64,000 nt of DNA from Octopus vulgaris (lineage: Eukaryota), in NCBI GenBank assembly GCA_951406725.2, contig OX597816.1, positions 66,030,001 through 66,094,000 on the forward strand, given 5' to 3'. The translations under genes were made by a program, and so were the position numbers. Positions 37,512 to 50,399 of the stretch are shown here, one piece after another. How positions within the stretch are numbered: the first letter of the stretch is position 1; each line of letters starts with the position of its first letter. The notes beneath the pieces are model-generated. The model saw only the letters and a program-made list of their open reading frames with translations. It made no database searches and was not told the DNA's origin.

Positions 37512-39844
37512 TAAAGAGGGAATAGTCATAGCTGGAATACCTTTGATCATAAATCTGTTTAATCAAGGCTAAACTGGTGTTAAATTATACACACACACAC
37601 ATTGGCTAAATCTGTCTATCTTTGGTATATAGTACTACTGTGGCTCTATCAATGATTTTGAGAGTTAACAGATATGTTTAGAGTGTAAAATGTTATACAA
37701 ATTTGTTTCAATTAAATTCAATTTCAGAATATGTATTAAGTTACTGTATTTAATGATGAAGATTTTTTATTTTTACATATCTTTTTCCATTTTTACAGAG
37801 ATCAAATAGTTTTAGAATTTTAGATATTTAACTAATTTGCCACATTAGATATGCCATATAAAAAAATATAAAACCAAGTGGTTGTTGTTTTTAAGTTGTT
37901 TACCTGAAACATATATTAATAAAAGCATAAAATATTTGTTACTTATATAGACACAAAATTTAGAGTTTTGGAGAGAATGAACATAGAGTTTTGATGGTTA
38001 CTCCTTTTAAGAACACTTATTAAAGAGAGTAATTTCAAATTGTTAAGTTACATTATATATTACATAACATTTCATATATATATAATCAAAATAAGCAACA
38101 AGTATATCCGAGGTAATGTGGTACAATCGTTTCATGCTACTTCATTTTATTAAACACTGTAAGCATTACATCAGTTTTAAAATGTCGAGCAATCTTCAGC
38201 CACCTTTGCTGAACTTATATGTATATATTTCTTAGAAACTTAGATCAACAGCAATTAGGAAAGTATTTCATTTACATCATTCATTCAATTAGCTGAAATA
38301 ATTATTGTACAATAAGAGCTTGCTTTTGATTTAACAGTGATATTTCTGTAAAAAAAATGCATACAACTAATTAACCTGAATTAGTATATTACTGATAGTT
38401 ATTATATTTGATCCTGTTGGAATTTGAACTTAAAAATGTTATAGATATTGTTTACTATTTAGTCCAGCTCTCCATACGAATTCTACTCTGCTCAAATTAA
38501 AACACCCTGAAAAAATTTGCATTTTATTAGAATAACATATATCTTTGTCGTCTAAAACTCAGATTGGGTGAAGCTTCATTTTCTCTTTTTCTGTCTGTCT
38601 ATCTCTCCCTCTCTACCTCTTTCATTCTTTCTCTCTCTTTCTTTTTCTCTCTTTCTCTCCTCTGTTTCTCTTTCTCATTAGATAGCACTTATTTATTTAC
38701 TCATTTTCCATCTTTATTCATTATCTTTTACATTTTCCTTGTTATTTTTTTTTTCATCTTTGTCATTGAGTGCAAGTCAAATTTATAATGTTATTATTAT
38801 TATCCCACACCATTGTAATCATGTTTTCTTTTATGGCTTTTTAATAAGATGTTGGTGTATCGAATTTTTAACATATGTTGCTTTAAATCCATCTGGAACT
38901 GTCTCTTAAGAATTATTTTGTCATTTTGGTTTATTTTAGAATTCTCTGTACTTAAATAAATGACTGCTTCATTTAAAATGTGTAAACTGTGTGTTTAATT
39001 TAGAAATTAATGTCAGTTTGATAGTCTCTGATCATTTGACATAATTGAATAAATTCACTGCATTGAAACTGATCACAGGCATGGAATCACATTATTACAC
39101 CTCACAACTGGGATTATACTCAACCCTGATCTTATTCTTTTCTGCTAAAGGCTTTACCTACCTAACAATGTGAGCTATGTGCAATCAGCTTATTCCCTGC
39201 CTAACTGGCTCAGACCAAGATTTGCCATTACTTTCTATATTAAATAAATCTTTCTTTCCTAATCTATATAAAATTGGAAAAAATCATTATGTACTTTATA
39301 CCATACAAAGTAAGACTATCTCACAATGAATTTTGTTGAAAATAAAATAGATCATAAATATGGTTTTGACTTTCTGAATTGAAAGCATGACCAAGTACTA
39401 ATTTATGTCATAACATGGGATGAAATTTATACCTTCCTGTATGACTTGCTCTAAAGGTCAGTACACTAAGATTAGTTTTTTAAATAAAATGTTGCCATTA
39501 TTACTATGAATTTCATCTTGAGCAAGTTGTATTTTTACCTTATTTTCATTCTATTGTTTCTTTTTAATTCATTAAGTTATAATTATTTGACATCATTTAA
39601 AAGATAGGAAATAGTTTTAAAACATTTTTACCCACATACTACTCTGTACTGGAAAATTATTAATTGTTAATACAAACTTTTAATATGAAAAGTAACTTAG
39701 TTTTACTGATTAAATGTAATATCTCTGACATGTATCTAATTTACAGTTATCTCATATGTTATTTACTCAGCCAAAGAATAATATGATATTCTTAATTCTT
39801 TGTTTAATGGTTGAATACTGTTCCAGAGTAAAAAAAAGTCACCT

Positions 39845-40046
39845 TCTAGAATCATGCTGACTCATAAGAACTGGTTTCCATGGCTTATAAATTCCCCACC
39901 TCAACAGGATTACTCATTTTTGATAGCTAAATGGACTGGAAATGAAGTGTTTTACTCAAGAACACATGTCGCCTGGTCCAATAATCAAAACCATAATCTT
40001 ACAGTCATGAGTCCAACACCCCTAACCTCTAAGCCATGTGCCTCAC
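39845..40046 (-). mobile_element. Diverged SINE related to 15471-15717
   Basis: Reverse complement reads gaggcacatggcttagaggttaggggtgttggactcatgac...gtgttcttgagtaaaacacttcattt. Confidence 0.7.
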
Positions 40047-40994
40047 ACTGTTCTAAAGGAATAGTATCCATTATTTAAAAGGAATAGTATCCAATATTTA
40101 AAACAACCATTCATGGAAATATCTGATTATAGCCGGTACCAGCTTGGCTGGAAATGTTATCCCTTCTCAGATGACAAAAATTGAATCAGTTCAATAAATT
40201 TATTAAACAATGCCTGATGCAAACCACATGATCAGGAGTTCATACCTAATGAGAGCCAATGCATTGTGCACTTAAAGAAGGCACATAACTCTGCTTCAAT
40301 TTACCTGACTCACATCAGGCTTCACTTCGGTTCTGACTGGCACTGAGAAAGATTTCCAGTTAAAAAGATAATTGATGTCTTTTTGATGTCTATAATGAAA
40401 ACAGCCTTTTTATAAATCATTTATTCGTCAGCAGCCGATGGACAGCTCTCGTAACCTTGCAGGCTGATGAATTTGATGTGCTTTATATTTAGCTTGAACA
40501 TCAATAGGCTGGTAGTTTAAAAAAAACAAAACAAAAAAAAACATACTTAAATGAAAGAAGACACTCTATCAAGAGTTGTTTATAATACAAAGAAGGATCA
40601 ACACATCCTTTATAACAAAAGTTTCTATGGTAAAACATTATAATAAAGCTTCAGTTAGTGTTAACTGTTGGATTTCTTGTCATTCATAATAATGAAAACT
40701 CTTTCAGTTGTTCATCATTTTAAAAATATTTCACCATTTCTTGTTGACCAAATCAAATAGAACTACTGCTATTTCAGCTGTTGTTTTACCTAAAGAACTT
40801 ATTTCACATGTTAAATTATCATTAGAATTTTATTTTTGTGCAACTTTTTTTTTCAGTCTAGTTCTATATTTAAATCATAATTTACTTGTAGCATTAAGTG
40901 TAACTGTTACATAATATCCTTTTTTGTGTAATATTAAATAGTGTATGCCACTTTCATAATCTGTTTTAACTAATTCATTTTATATGTACATTAG

Positions 40995-41014
40995 TATGTA
41001 TGTATGTGTGTGTG

Positions 41015-41046
<32 letters not shown>

Positions 41047-41270
41047 TGTATGTATGTATGTATGTGTATATATATATATATATGTATGTGTATATATATA
41101 TATATATAAATGTATGTATATATATATATATGTAGGTATATATATATATAAATGTAAATATATATATATGTATGTATATATATATATATATGTATGTATG
41201 TATATATATGTGTGTGTGTGTGTGTGCGTGTGTATGTATGTGTGTATATGTGTGTGTGTGTATATGTATA
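40995..41270. repeat. Compound (TATG)n/(TA)n/(TG)n microsatellite just upstream of exon L
   Basis: Seen directly. Confidence 0.97.
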
Positions 41271-41314
41271 AAGTAATCTCAGCTGACGAATGTTTCCACT
41301 TGTTTTTTTTACAG

Positions 41315-41456
41315 AAACAAACAAAAAGAAGGGTTCTGTTATACGCAGCGAGGAAGTTGGTGGCGGGCTTGAAATGAGAAGTCGATTAGCTAAACAGAGC
41401 AGCCGTGATTCTACTGATGGCAGTATGGGTAGCATCAGCAGCATTGAATCATCAGT
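41315..41456 (+). CDS. RIMS: RIM exon L ([46 protein letters not shown])
   Basis: ttttttttacag| acceptor, ctgac branch-like site, GT|GTAAGG donor; matches RIM RSTETG...EMR...RQASRESTDGSM; not in the ORF track. Confidence 0.96.
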
Positions 41457-42183
41457 GTAAGGGTTCAGTTTTTACATAATTCCTCTTTCTTCACAGACCA
41501 CACACACCATCTAGAAGCTTAGATCTAAAACTCTTTCAATGTAAATATTTTCTAAACTATGATCTGAATATGACTATTTGGTTATCGTTGCTCTTCAACC
41601 CCAAGCAGCCTTGATTGACCAGATCTATGATCAGTGGTATTCCGGTCATGATCATTCTACCTTCTTCCAAGATAAATCTAAAATTCCATTATCCTGTGTA
41701 TACATCTGTGTTTAAGATTGTAAGGTATGATTTAGCTTCTATTTCTAGTCAGTCAAATGACTTATAGAACAACCCATGTTGACCTGGTCAATACAGGCAT
41801 TATTGAATGATTCAGATGCTTGTTTTGCAATCATGAAGTCTCAGGTATGATCCTACTTTGCAGTGCCTTGGGCCAAATAGACTGTAATTATAATTTAAAG
41901 GGCAGCCTTGTCACACTGATGCTGCATAATTATTATATTAAAAGACATGCATCTATGTAAAAAAAACTGAGCTGCTTACACTTTCAATTATTTTTCTCTT
42001 TACTTCGAGTGTAATTTTGATTAATTTAAAATAATTCTTTGGCTCACTTCATCATGTTAATCCCTCTTAACTATATAAGCATGTAGAGTTCCTTTAAAAC
42101 TTTGTATATGAAGAAGTTTTTTTTGTCTTTTTGTTGTTGTTATTGGGTTTTATTCTTCTGTGTCAAAAATTTTTTGCATAATT

Positions 42184-42621
42184 GGTAGCTGTGTGTTAAG
42201 TAGCTTGCTTACCATCTACATGGTTCTGGTGGTGGTAAGTAGCTTGCTTACCAAACACATGGTTCTGGGTTCAATCCCACTGCATAGCACCTTGAGCAAG
42301 TGTCTTCTACTATAGCCTCGGGCCAACCAAAGCCTTGTGAATGGATTTGGTAGACGGAAACTGAAAGAAGCCCGTTGTATATAAAAATAGATATATGTGT
42401 ATGTGTGTATATATGTTTGTGTGTCTGTGTTTGTCCCCCCAACATTGCTTGACAACCAATGCTGGTGTGTTTACATCCCCTTAACTTAGCGGTTCGGCAA
42501 TAAGATACAGAGAGAATAAGTACTAGGCTTACAAAGAACAAGTCCTGGGGGCGATTTGCTCGACTAAAAGTGGTGCTCCAGCATGGCCGCTGTCAAATGA
42601 CTTGAAACAAGTAACAGAGTA
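42184..42621 (+). mobile_element. SINE family A with a duplicated partial head
   Basis: taagtagcttgcttacca...catggttctgg occurs twice at 42197-42270, followed by the full body. Confidence 0.87.
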
Positions 42622-42689
42622 CAAAAAAAAGTAAACATTAATCCATCTTCTCTGCTCACTATTCCTTCTCCTCTGGCACTTTCTCCTTA

Positions 42690-43440
42690 AGCTCCTATGA
42701 GAAACAACTTTCTAGCTGGATTCCCAAATATGACCAACTAAGATTATGGATATTGACCAACCACTTAGTTCTTGATCTACCCTTAGGTTTCCTGCCTGTT
42801 GGCTTGGCTTGATGAATCTGTCTTGCAAGTCTTTCCGGCAACATTCCAATCGCATGCCTATAATACTGAAGCCATAACTTCTCAATGTGAGGAAGTAATG
42901 ACGCAACCTGGAAAGACACCTTGATCCCTGAGCTACATCCCTATTGAGTAGTGTTACTCCAGAGATCCTTCAGAGGAACCCCATTTTGGCTACTTGCATT
43001 TGCAATTCTGATAACAACATGCATGACCATAGGTGAAAAAGAAGCAGGAAAATAGATTTGAAGAGAATTAGCTTGGCTTGTTTTATCAACCTCTCCTCTT
43101 CTGAGGACTGAATGCTGGATGCTAAAATTGCAGGTGCCAGCACCTGCCCTTTTAACATACAATTCAGCTTCTTGTTTCCCATCACACATGAACATGTCTC
43201 TGAGATACTTAAACTTCTCCACTTGTCTCAGTAATGTTTCACTAACATGCAGAGCACACTAAGAAGATTTCTTAAGAGAACCAATGTCTCCAACCTCACA
43301 GCACTTAATTCTCATCATCCCTGCCTTGCAACACTTGGCAGTGAATCCATTCAGTGCATACTGGAAATTCACTTTCTGATGAGCCAAATAGCACCATACT
43401 CTCTGCAGAAAGCAACTAAGCAATCCTACCAGTTGTGACA
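42690..43440 (-). mobile_element. Degenerate RTE (Expander-like) LINE 3' fragment
   Basis: EKFKYL and PERLARQIHQAKPTGRKPKGRSRTKW motifs across frameshifts. Confidence 0.7.
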
Positions 43441-43647
43441 CTCCTTCCACAACATTTTGTCATTATAAAAGCATAAAATTTTAAAACTAAGTTTCATAAA
43501 CATTCTACTTGTTTTTATAGTTAAGAGGAATTGGTTCAATGAAGAGAGTCAAAATACTTACAATTTTATCAAAATTATGTATGTAGGGAAGAGGAAAAGA
43601 ATTTAAAGTGAAAGCTGCTATTTTAGATGTTTATCTTTAATGTAATA

Positions 43648-44436
43648 CAAGGTGGTATCAAAAAGTTCCAGGACTTGTTATGTTTAATAAAAAATAACTT
43701 ATTTGCCTAAGTTTTAACATCATCTTCTTCGAAATAGTTGCCTTCCACAGCTGTACACCAGTCCCAAAGTTCCTGTCACATTTGGAATCAAGTTTGCTCT
43801 TGATCTTGACAATGATGTTAAAACGGCCACCTTTGAGAAGCATTTTCATCTTGGGGTAGAGATGGAAGTCAACAGGTGCTATATCTGGCAAATAGGGTAG
43901 GTGTGGAAACGATACTATGTTTTTGGCAAGAAACACAAAGAAGGAGAGCTCAGTGACAGGGTGCATTGTTGTCTTGAAGAATCTAATTCATCGCGCTCCC
44001 CAAATCTGGTTGGTTTTGGCAAATGTCCTCCTTCTAATGCTTCAAAACACCACAGTAGGACTCTCATTTGACGGTCTGACCCAGGGAAATGAATTCTTGA
44101 TGTAGAATACCACATTTCCAGGGGTGACACATGTGGCAGGTCTTCCAGCTTGCTCATTGTCTTGCAGGGATGCTCTTCAGCATTTTAAGTACCCATGCCA
44201 CTTGAACTATTGTGTACAAACCATTGCCAAAACATGCTCAGTGTCTCTGTAGCAGACTTCCAAGTTTAACACAAAATTTCATATTGGGTCTTTGTTCCTG
44301 TACATGACAAAACATCAGACTACATCATACATGTGCTCACAGAATCACAAATTTCACAACTTGCAAAGTAAACATAGTCACTGCCATCTGTTGGTGTGCT
44401 ACAGAACTAGCCCAGGAACTTTTTGATACCACCTCA
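43648..44436 (-). mobile_element. Decayed, internally deleted mariner transposon, 789 bp
   Basis: TIRs (c/t)(a/g)aggtggtatcaaaaagttcc, TA flanks, PHLPYLPDIAPVDFHLYPKMKMLLKGGRF relic. Confidence 0.9.
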
Positions 44437-44846
44437 TACTTATACAGAATCAGTGCAACAAGGTTATTCTTTTTAATCATTTATTTATACTTTTTATTTG
44501 GTAACCTTTTTTTACAATTCTCCATTATCAAGAGAAACTTATTAACAATGCATAGTAATATCATTCAAATTTAGCAATATTTTGACTTAATAAATGCTTA
44601 CATTATCAAATAAATGACCTCAGGCAAGATTGTCTTCTTCCTTATGTAAATTAGATATACTCTTCTGTATTTTCTCCATTTTTTAAAAATATTCTTCTGA
44701 TAGTTCTGTTTTTTTTTTAATTATTCTTCAGTTTTAGTATGTGTTTATGCTAAAATATACAGCTTTTATGCTTTTTATATAACTTTCCAAACAGTAATTT
44801 AAAAAAAAGATAATAGACTGTTCTTATTCTCCATATTTTTTTGTAG

Positions 44847-45043
44847 AATGTGGTTGCCTCCAAGCCACTATGGTGACTTTGTGGAAGGTTTGGGCCCTTC
44901 ACAACTTGTTGGGAGACAGGTACTTGGGGCTCCATGTCTGGGAGAAATTCAGCTTGGCCTTTATGATCGAAAAGGCCACTTAGAAGTTGAAGTAATTAGA
45001 GCTCGTGGCCTAATGGCTAAGCCTGGTGCCAAAGTTTTACCTG
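44847..45043 (+). CDS. RIMS: RIM exon M: start of C2B (MWLPPSHYGDFVEGLGPSQLVGRQVLGAPCLGEIQ...LEVEVIRARGLMAKPGAKVLP)
   Basis: ttttttgtag| acceptor and G|GTAAGT donor; the DFxxGLGPxQLVGRQ signature is RIM-specific. Confidence 0.98.
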
Positions 45044-45303
45044 GTAAGTTTGTTTGCATTTGTGTTTTGTTTTCTCTTTGTAAATATATTCTTGCTTATA
45101 TTTTGTCATTTTAATCTTTTTTTTTTTCTGTTTCACATGGTTCCTTCTAGAAATATTCTAGAGAAATTAATTAAGATATGGGTCTCTGACTCATAATTTA
45201 TCTATTCTGATTTGCTGAGAGTTTGGGGTTTTCTCCCCTGTTTATCTTAAGTTTAAAACATTAATTAATGCTCTGGTATTCAGACAAGGTCTTCATTAAT
45301 TAA

Positions 45304-45523
45304 CCCTTTAGCATTTAAATTAGCCATATCCAGCCAAGATATTCCACCTGTTTTATGTTCAAACTGAGACAATCTGACCTTTCAGATCAACCCTACTATA
45401 TCATTCTAAAAATTAACAGTTACCTCATCAAAATATCAAAGCTACAAAATAATGTATGAATAATTCAAAGCAATGTGAATAAATAAACATTATGTTTGAC
45501 AGAATAATGTGAATACTAAAGGG
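45304..45523. mobile_element. piggyBac-type MITE, 220 bp
   Basis: TTAA on both sides, TIR ccctttag(c/t)att; a fragment of the same end lies at ~455-503(-). Confidence 0.8.
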
Positions 45524-47085
45524 TTAAAGTTGACTTGCACACAACAATATATTAGTGCTTTCTTTACTATTAAATATATAGTTTGATATTTTCTACCAAG
45601 TTAACAAGACTTTTGTTACCACTTTCAATTGACAACACATTTTGTTTCTTTCAAAATAATCTATTAGATTAATTTTTATCTAATAATTTTTAAACATGGT
45701 TCATACTTAAATTATTTTCTAGAAACTATGATGAGTTTCAGAGTAGGTTACCTGTGAGCCTCATGGATTTCTTTCCTGGTCATGATACTTTCATTTCATT
45801 TATATTACTAATACTTGAGACATAACAATCTCAGTTTCCATTAAAATCAATATTCCTGATCACTCATCGTGTTGGATACCTTTAACCTTTAAAATTCAAG
45901 CAATTGACTTTGGTTATTGTAGCTGTGTTTGTATAAAATAAACATATCATTCTAACAACTGGAAACACACATAAATAATGCTTTGCTGATGAGATCTAAT
46001 AACATAGAAACATATTCACAGTTGTTACTGTACTGCCAAAGACCAGGCTCACTCTCCTCTACATTTTATATTTAATTCATTTTTGATCATTTAAATCACA
46101 AGGTTTTCTCCCTTACTTTTTCAGTCATTAATATAAAGATTGCTTTTTATCATTATAACTAATTTAAATTAATTAAAATTCTTTGGTTCACTACATTAAG
46201 TATATTAGCTGTTACTTATCTTAAATCTGTGTCTTGTATGACCTCCATCAGTCAATGTTGACCATGCATCTACACATATATATACAAACCTGGGGTAGAG
46301 ATTTTTAGGATGACTCATGATTCCTCTCTCCATGCTACCAATGTTTATCCAAAGGAAAGACCATTGACTTAATATCTGCGTCACCAGAGGTATTGCTGTC
46401 AGAATCTAAATCACTGAAACAGAATCTACAAGCCATCTCACCCAACTCTCTAACAGTTCCACCATTCTGACACCCTGGATTCATACCTATTTTTATTGGT
46501 CCCAAAAGGTTAAAAGGCAAAGTTGACATCAGTTGGATTTGAACTTAGATTATAGAGAGTCATTCTATCCAACATTCTAATGACTCTGCTAATTCACTGC
46601 CTTTGTTACTTGATCAGTTGACCAATGTGATAAGTGAAAAACACGTTTTTTTTTGTGTGTGTCTTTGTTTATTCTTTGTAGTAAGAAACAAGACTTTAAT
46701 GAGGACTTTATTATGTGTCATATTTCCCTCTAGTTCAAAGCTTAACACCAATAAAGTCATCTTACTATAAATCCTGGATCTAATAATTATATAGATTGTA
46801 TAGATTGCAATTTAACCTTTTCAGTGCAAAATTAAATTTCATGGTTATTCCAACAGTGATTCTAAATATCAACCTTAAAAATAGAATTGGTATTTTCTGC
46901 AAGTCACATTGCCTCAGTAAACTTAGCATACCTCAGCAGAAAATAGTTTCAAACATGACATCCGTCAACAAAAGACAGATTGGTATATAAACTGCTTTCT
47001 GCAGTTTGGAATAATGAAATTTTGAATGGACATACCTGCTTTCTGCAGTAAAAGGATTAAGATCTGGATTGTAACCTAATTGTTT

Positions 47086-47397
47086 GTTGTTGTTGTTTGT
47101 TCCTTCTTGAGCCATGCCTGGCTCATAAGAGCCGGTTTCCCGGTTTCCTTGGCGTATAGGTTCTCCACCTGGACGGGACGCCAGTCTATCGCAGGTGAGC
47201 TGTAAGATGCAAGAAGAAAGAATGATAGAAAGTTGTGGCGAAAGAGTCAGCAGAAGTTCGCCATTACCTTCTGCTGGTGCTGCATGGAGCTTAGGTGTTT
47301 CGCTCATATACGCACACACCGCCCGGTCTGAGATTAGAACCCACAATCCTTCGACCACGGGTCCGCTGCTCTAACAACTAGGCCATGTGCCTCCACT
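47086..47397 (-). mobile_element. SINE with a family C head, Meta-like domain and (AAC)n tail; 12 bp target-site duplication
   Basis: TSD acctaattgttt at 47074-47085 and 47398-47409; core ctgcgatagactggcgtcccgtccagg. Confidence 0.88.
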
Positions 47398-48292
47398 ACC
47401 TAATTGTTTACCAATTACATATTAGATGATGTATAAGATACACTTCTTTTATTTTCCAAAATGAAAATATTTCTCAAAAATCACCCTGGGTCCTATATAT
47501 AAAGTTGGGCTTCTCATCAGCTTTAATACAGAATTTTTTCCTGAACATGCGCTGCTGAAATTGGGGTGTATCTAATAATACCCATGTGTCTTGCATGCCA
47601 TCTGATGCAGTATAAGTATTTCTAATTTGAAAATGCTTATTGTTGTCTGTTAAGTCTCAGATAAGAAATAAGCATAAACAATCAAGTATGAAGATGGAAA
47701 TATGTCTAGTGTAAAGCTCAAGTAAATGACAAATTTTCATTTTTATACTGAATAGAGATGTTTAAATGAAGTATGTAGCCTACTCATGCGGAAATGTATA
47801 GTTAAGTGGTAGGAAACATACTTGATGTAACAAGAAAAAAAAAATTAATCCAAATTACACATGATAAAGAAAAATCAGTATTAGTGATAATTCTTATCAA
47901 GAAAGGTAAGGGAGACAACTTCAAAATTCAGTTGGGGTGGGGAACTAGTCTGATTTTTGGTAACTAATTGACTTAATAAACTTCTTCACTGAAACATAAT
48001 TCATTGCTGAGTGAAAATATTTCTTAATTAAAATTAACTATCTAAAAGGTACATGTTTTATGTCATTGTGTCTTTTGAAACATAAAGTGTAAATATTTTA
48101 TGTTTCAAACTCTTAAAGCTCTTGATGACATGGATAAGGATTAAAAATCATTTCTGTTAAACCATTAAAGCAAGAGAATTTATTTATTTTCACAGCTTGA
48201 AATAAAATTAATGATTTTCATTTTTTTTTTTCTGTCTTGTTTTCATAATTCTTGAAAATGAAAAACCTAATAAATTACCGTGTCTGTTTCAG

Positions 48293-48432
48293 CTCCCTAT
48301 GTGAAAGTCTATTTAATCCAGGCCAAACATACAGTAGAGAAGCAGAAGACCACTATTGCAAGGAGGACATTAGATCCTCTATATCAGCAACAATTAGTTT
48401 TTAATGAATCTTACCAAGGAAGGGTTTTGCAG
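48293..48432 (+). CDS. RIMS: RIM exon N: C2B middle (PYVKVYLIQAKHTVEKQKTTIARRTLDPLYQQQLVFNESYQGRVLQ)
   Basis: gtttcag| acceptor and CAG|GTTAGA donor; APYVKVYL and TLDPLYQQ motifs. Confidence 0.98.
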
Positions 48433-48622
48433 GTTAGAGCTTTCATTTATCCTTTCTGCTTGATTTTGAATTTGGATTAATTAAAAGTTAAAATGGTATG
48501 ATTGTGTCGCAAGATTGAATAATGGGAAGTAAGTAAACAACAATTAATAACCATCACTCCATTAAGGACCATCTTGCTTTTTATCCTTCCAGAATTGATA
48601 AAATAAAGTATCAGTCAAATAC

Positions 48623-48740
48623 TCTGCCAGATCAAATTGGAGCCTGGTGCAGCCATCTGGTTCGCCAGCCCTCAGTCAAAACCATCCAACCCATGCTAGC
48701 ATGGAAAGTGGACGTTAAATGACGATAAACGATGATGATC
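48623..48740 (+). mobile_element. Retroposon family B 3' fragment
   Basis: ctctgccagatcaa...ccatgctagcatggaaagtggacgttaaa matches 20203-20302. Confidence 0.8.
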
Positions 48741-49619
48741 TTTACCAACATGGTCATCTTTCTTGTACACTACATCAATTCTTTTTAATACCCAGTTTTC
48801 TCTCAGCTCATCTGTGTATTCTAACGTAGACATTCAGTGGAGCATGTTTGTTTCACTTCTTTCCAATCTTCATACATCCTCTACATTCAATGCCTATGCC
48901 TCACTAATGTGCAGTATTGCTGTTTGAACACTAACGTAATACAACCCTCCCTTCATTAGTGCAATACATGTGCTTAAATACATTTCATTCTTTTGTCATA
49001 AGTAAAAATAAATGACTGATTATTGTCATTTTAGCTTGCAAATACCTTTACTAGTATCAAATACTAATAAATTTTATGCTACATTTTGCCAAATTTACAC
49101 AAAATCAGCAAAAAGTTTTATGCAAATAACCAAAATTAACCTTCTGTGCACAAGTATTTATTGTTGTTTAGATTTTGTGCTTGCTGGTTTTAGTGTTTTG
49201 AAATTATGCAATTACTTAGTGTTGAATACATGTTCATTGAACTAGTGCATATGTGGCTGCGTTCCACAGACATTTGTACATTTACAATCCTTTGGCAAAA
49301 TTAGTGTAACACAATGTGTGAAAATACTTATTGTTTGATTTACAAGTACAAAACATCCAACAGGTTTCAATGCAGTTATTGCCTACCCAATTTTACTCAC
49401 AAGAGTTGGATTGACTCAAATTTTATAGAAGACACTTGTTCAAAGTTCTGAACATTGAATTCAAAACCTAGACCTCATGACTGCAAAGTAAACTTCTTTA
49501 TCATTCAGCCATATCTGTGCATAAGTATATACATACATCCGTTTCTCACTACAAATCTTTAAATATTTTCTGACTTTTAAATTGTTGCTATTTGTCAAAT
49601 ACTAGATTTTAAAAAATTG

Positions 49620-49812
49620 ATTTCAAATTTTTGCACAAGGCCAGCAATTTCATGGGAGCAGCAAGTCTATCACATTGACTCCAGTGTCCAACTGGTGCTT
49701 ATTTTATTGACCTTGAAAGGATGAAGGGAAAAGTCAACCTCAGCAGAGTTTGAACTCATAATGTTGCTAAGCATTTTTCCCAGCATGCTAACAATTCTGC
49801 TAGCTCACCACC
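49620..49812 (-). mobile_element. SINE family D copy
   Basis: Reverse complement of 21583-21781. Confidence 0.7.
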
Positions 49813-50029
49813 TTCAAAAAATTTCAACAACATTCATTGTAAAATATTACTAAATGTCTTGTGGATGTCTGTTATTTAACTGAGTGACATATGCATATCT
49901 TGCTTTTCTAACATTTTGCTTATGTTGAGGTGAGACTGAATTTTCTGAAAGTTCATTTATATATAAAACTGAAGTGCTTAAATAACTGACAATATCTTCT
50001 TTTTTTTTTATTTATTTATCTTTCTCCAG

Positions 50030-50266
50030 GTTACTGTGTGGGGAGACTACAGTCGAACAGATAGGAAAGTATTCATGGGAGTTGCACAAATAGTATTGGA
50101 TGAACTAGATTTATCAAACATTGTGATTGGCTGGTACAAATTATTTCCAACATCATCATTAGTAGGACATCATTCTGGACCATCCTCTGCATCATCACCT
50201 CATACGAGGAAAAGTTCAGCATCTTCATTAGAAACCCTTAGTACTGCCACATCTTGGACTCAGTGA
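50030..50266 (+). CDS. RIMS: RIM terminal coding exon O: end of C2B and tail (VTVWGDYSRTDRKVFMGVAQIVLDELDLSNIVIGWYKLFPTSSLV...RKSSASSLE...WTQ*)
   Basis: Long pyrimidine tract with ctccag| acceptor; FMGVAQIxLxELxLSxxVIGWxKLF motif; TGA stop. Confidence 0.98.
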   Translation, partial: VTVWGDYSRTDRKVFMGVAQIVLDELDLSNIVIGWYKLFPTSSLVGHHSGPSSASSPHTRKSSASSLETLSTATSWTQ

Positions 50267-50360
50267 ATCCAAAAATACTATACATATGGACAAGTATGTT
50301 TGTGTGCGAATAACATACAAAGTTATTCAAAATGTGCATATAGATTCATGATTGATTGAT

Positions 50361-50399
<39 letters not shown>

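Noticed and set aside
40055-40102. Short ~23 bp direct duplication (aaaggaatagtatcca)
   Set aside because: Ordinary local slippage with no sign of function.
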